Shown piece by piece: positions 63,604 through 64,000 of a DNA stretch of 64,000 nt; position 1 is the stretch's first letter; each line of letters starts with the position of its first letter. Position numbers and translations under genes: made by a program. Origin of the DNA: Utricularia gibba (Eukaryota > Plantae > Magnoliophyta); contig CM007990.1 in assembly GCA_002189035.1 (NCBI GenBank), positions 4,650,001-4,714,000 on the forward strand, read 5' to 3'. Below the pieces are notes generated by a model that saw only the letters and a list, made by a program, of their open reading frames with translations, did no database searches and was not told the DNA's origin.

Positions 63604-64000
63604 GATGGTCTCATGCTTTCTGTGGGCTTGTTGCCGCTTGAATTTCAGTGTACATTGTGCTGATTTCAGCACTTTTTTGCCTGTCGAATGGAACTGTAGT
63701 TCTGTCATCATTTGTTGATGTTGAAAAGCTTAGAAGGAAAAGGCATTCTTCATGAAACCGGGAGATGCAAATGATTATACTTAATAGGGAAGTGGATGCT
63801 GGTTTCATCCACGAAGAGTGAGTTTCTGCATTAACTCCATCTACCTCTGGTTTGGACTGAAATGCAGCTATGGCATTGAAGGCAGCAGCGGACTGATGAT
63901 AAATGAAACCAGGGGTTTCTTACCAGAACAATCATTTCCCAGGAGGATAGCAAGGCCAATGGCGGTTGACAGAGTTATGAGAACTTTTACTCTTCATCTG

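Noticed and set aside
63852-63861. TTGGACTGAA matching the miR319 5' end
   Set aside because: Only 10 nt match and no hairpin is evident.

Overview
This window is gene-dense eudicot plant nuclear DNA with 17 recognisable, mostly short-intron protein-coding genes (about one per 3.8 kb). In order: a 5'-truncated YSL transporter, UNG, a 2OG-oxygenase-fold protein, AP5B1, MBD4L, NTMC2T5, a WBP2/GRAM-like protein, DUF247, RBR, NEF1, CYP51G1, a MEI2-like RRM protein, ASR3 trihelix, AGD3/VAN3-like ARF-GAP, SCPL45-like, a LAX2-like RAWUL protein and a BBX-CCT (COL13-15 type) gene. I found no rRNA, tRNA, known miRNA, CRISPR array or intact transposon. At least 10 apparent frameshifts in 8 genes are each one base short in a G/C run, which points to consensus errors rather than pseudogenes. 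I see no convincing new multi-gene system. The best leads are: an in-frame spliceable Arg-rich N-terminal extension for MBD4L, a 2OG-dioxygenase-fold protein that appears to lack its Fe ligands, a perfect 19-bp-stem palindrome, a strongly CATG-enriched island upstream of the LAX2-like gene, and several unexplained coding-like intergenic islands. Gene names come from recognising protein motifs, not from database searches.
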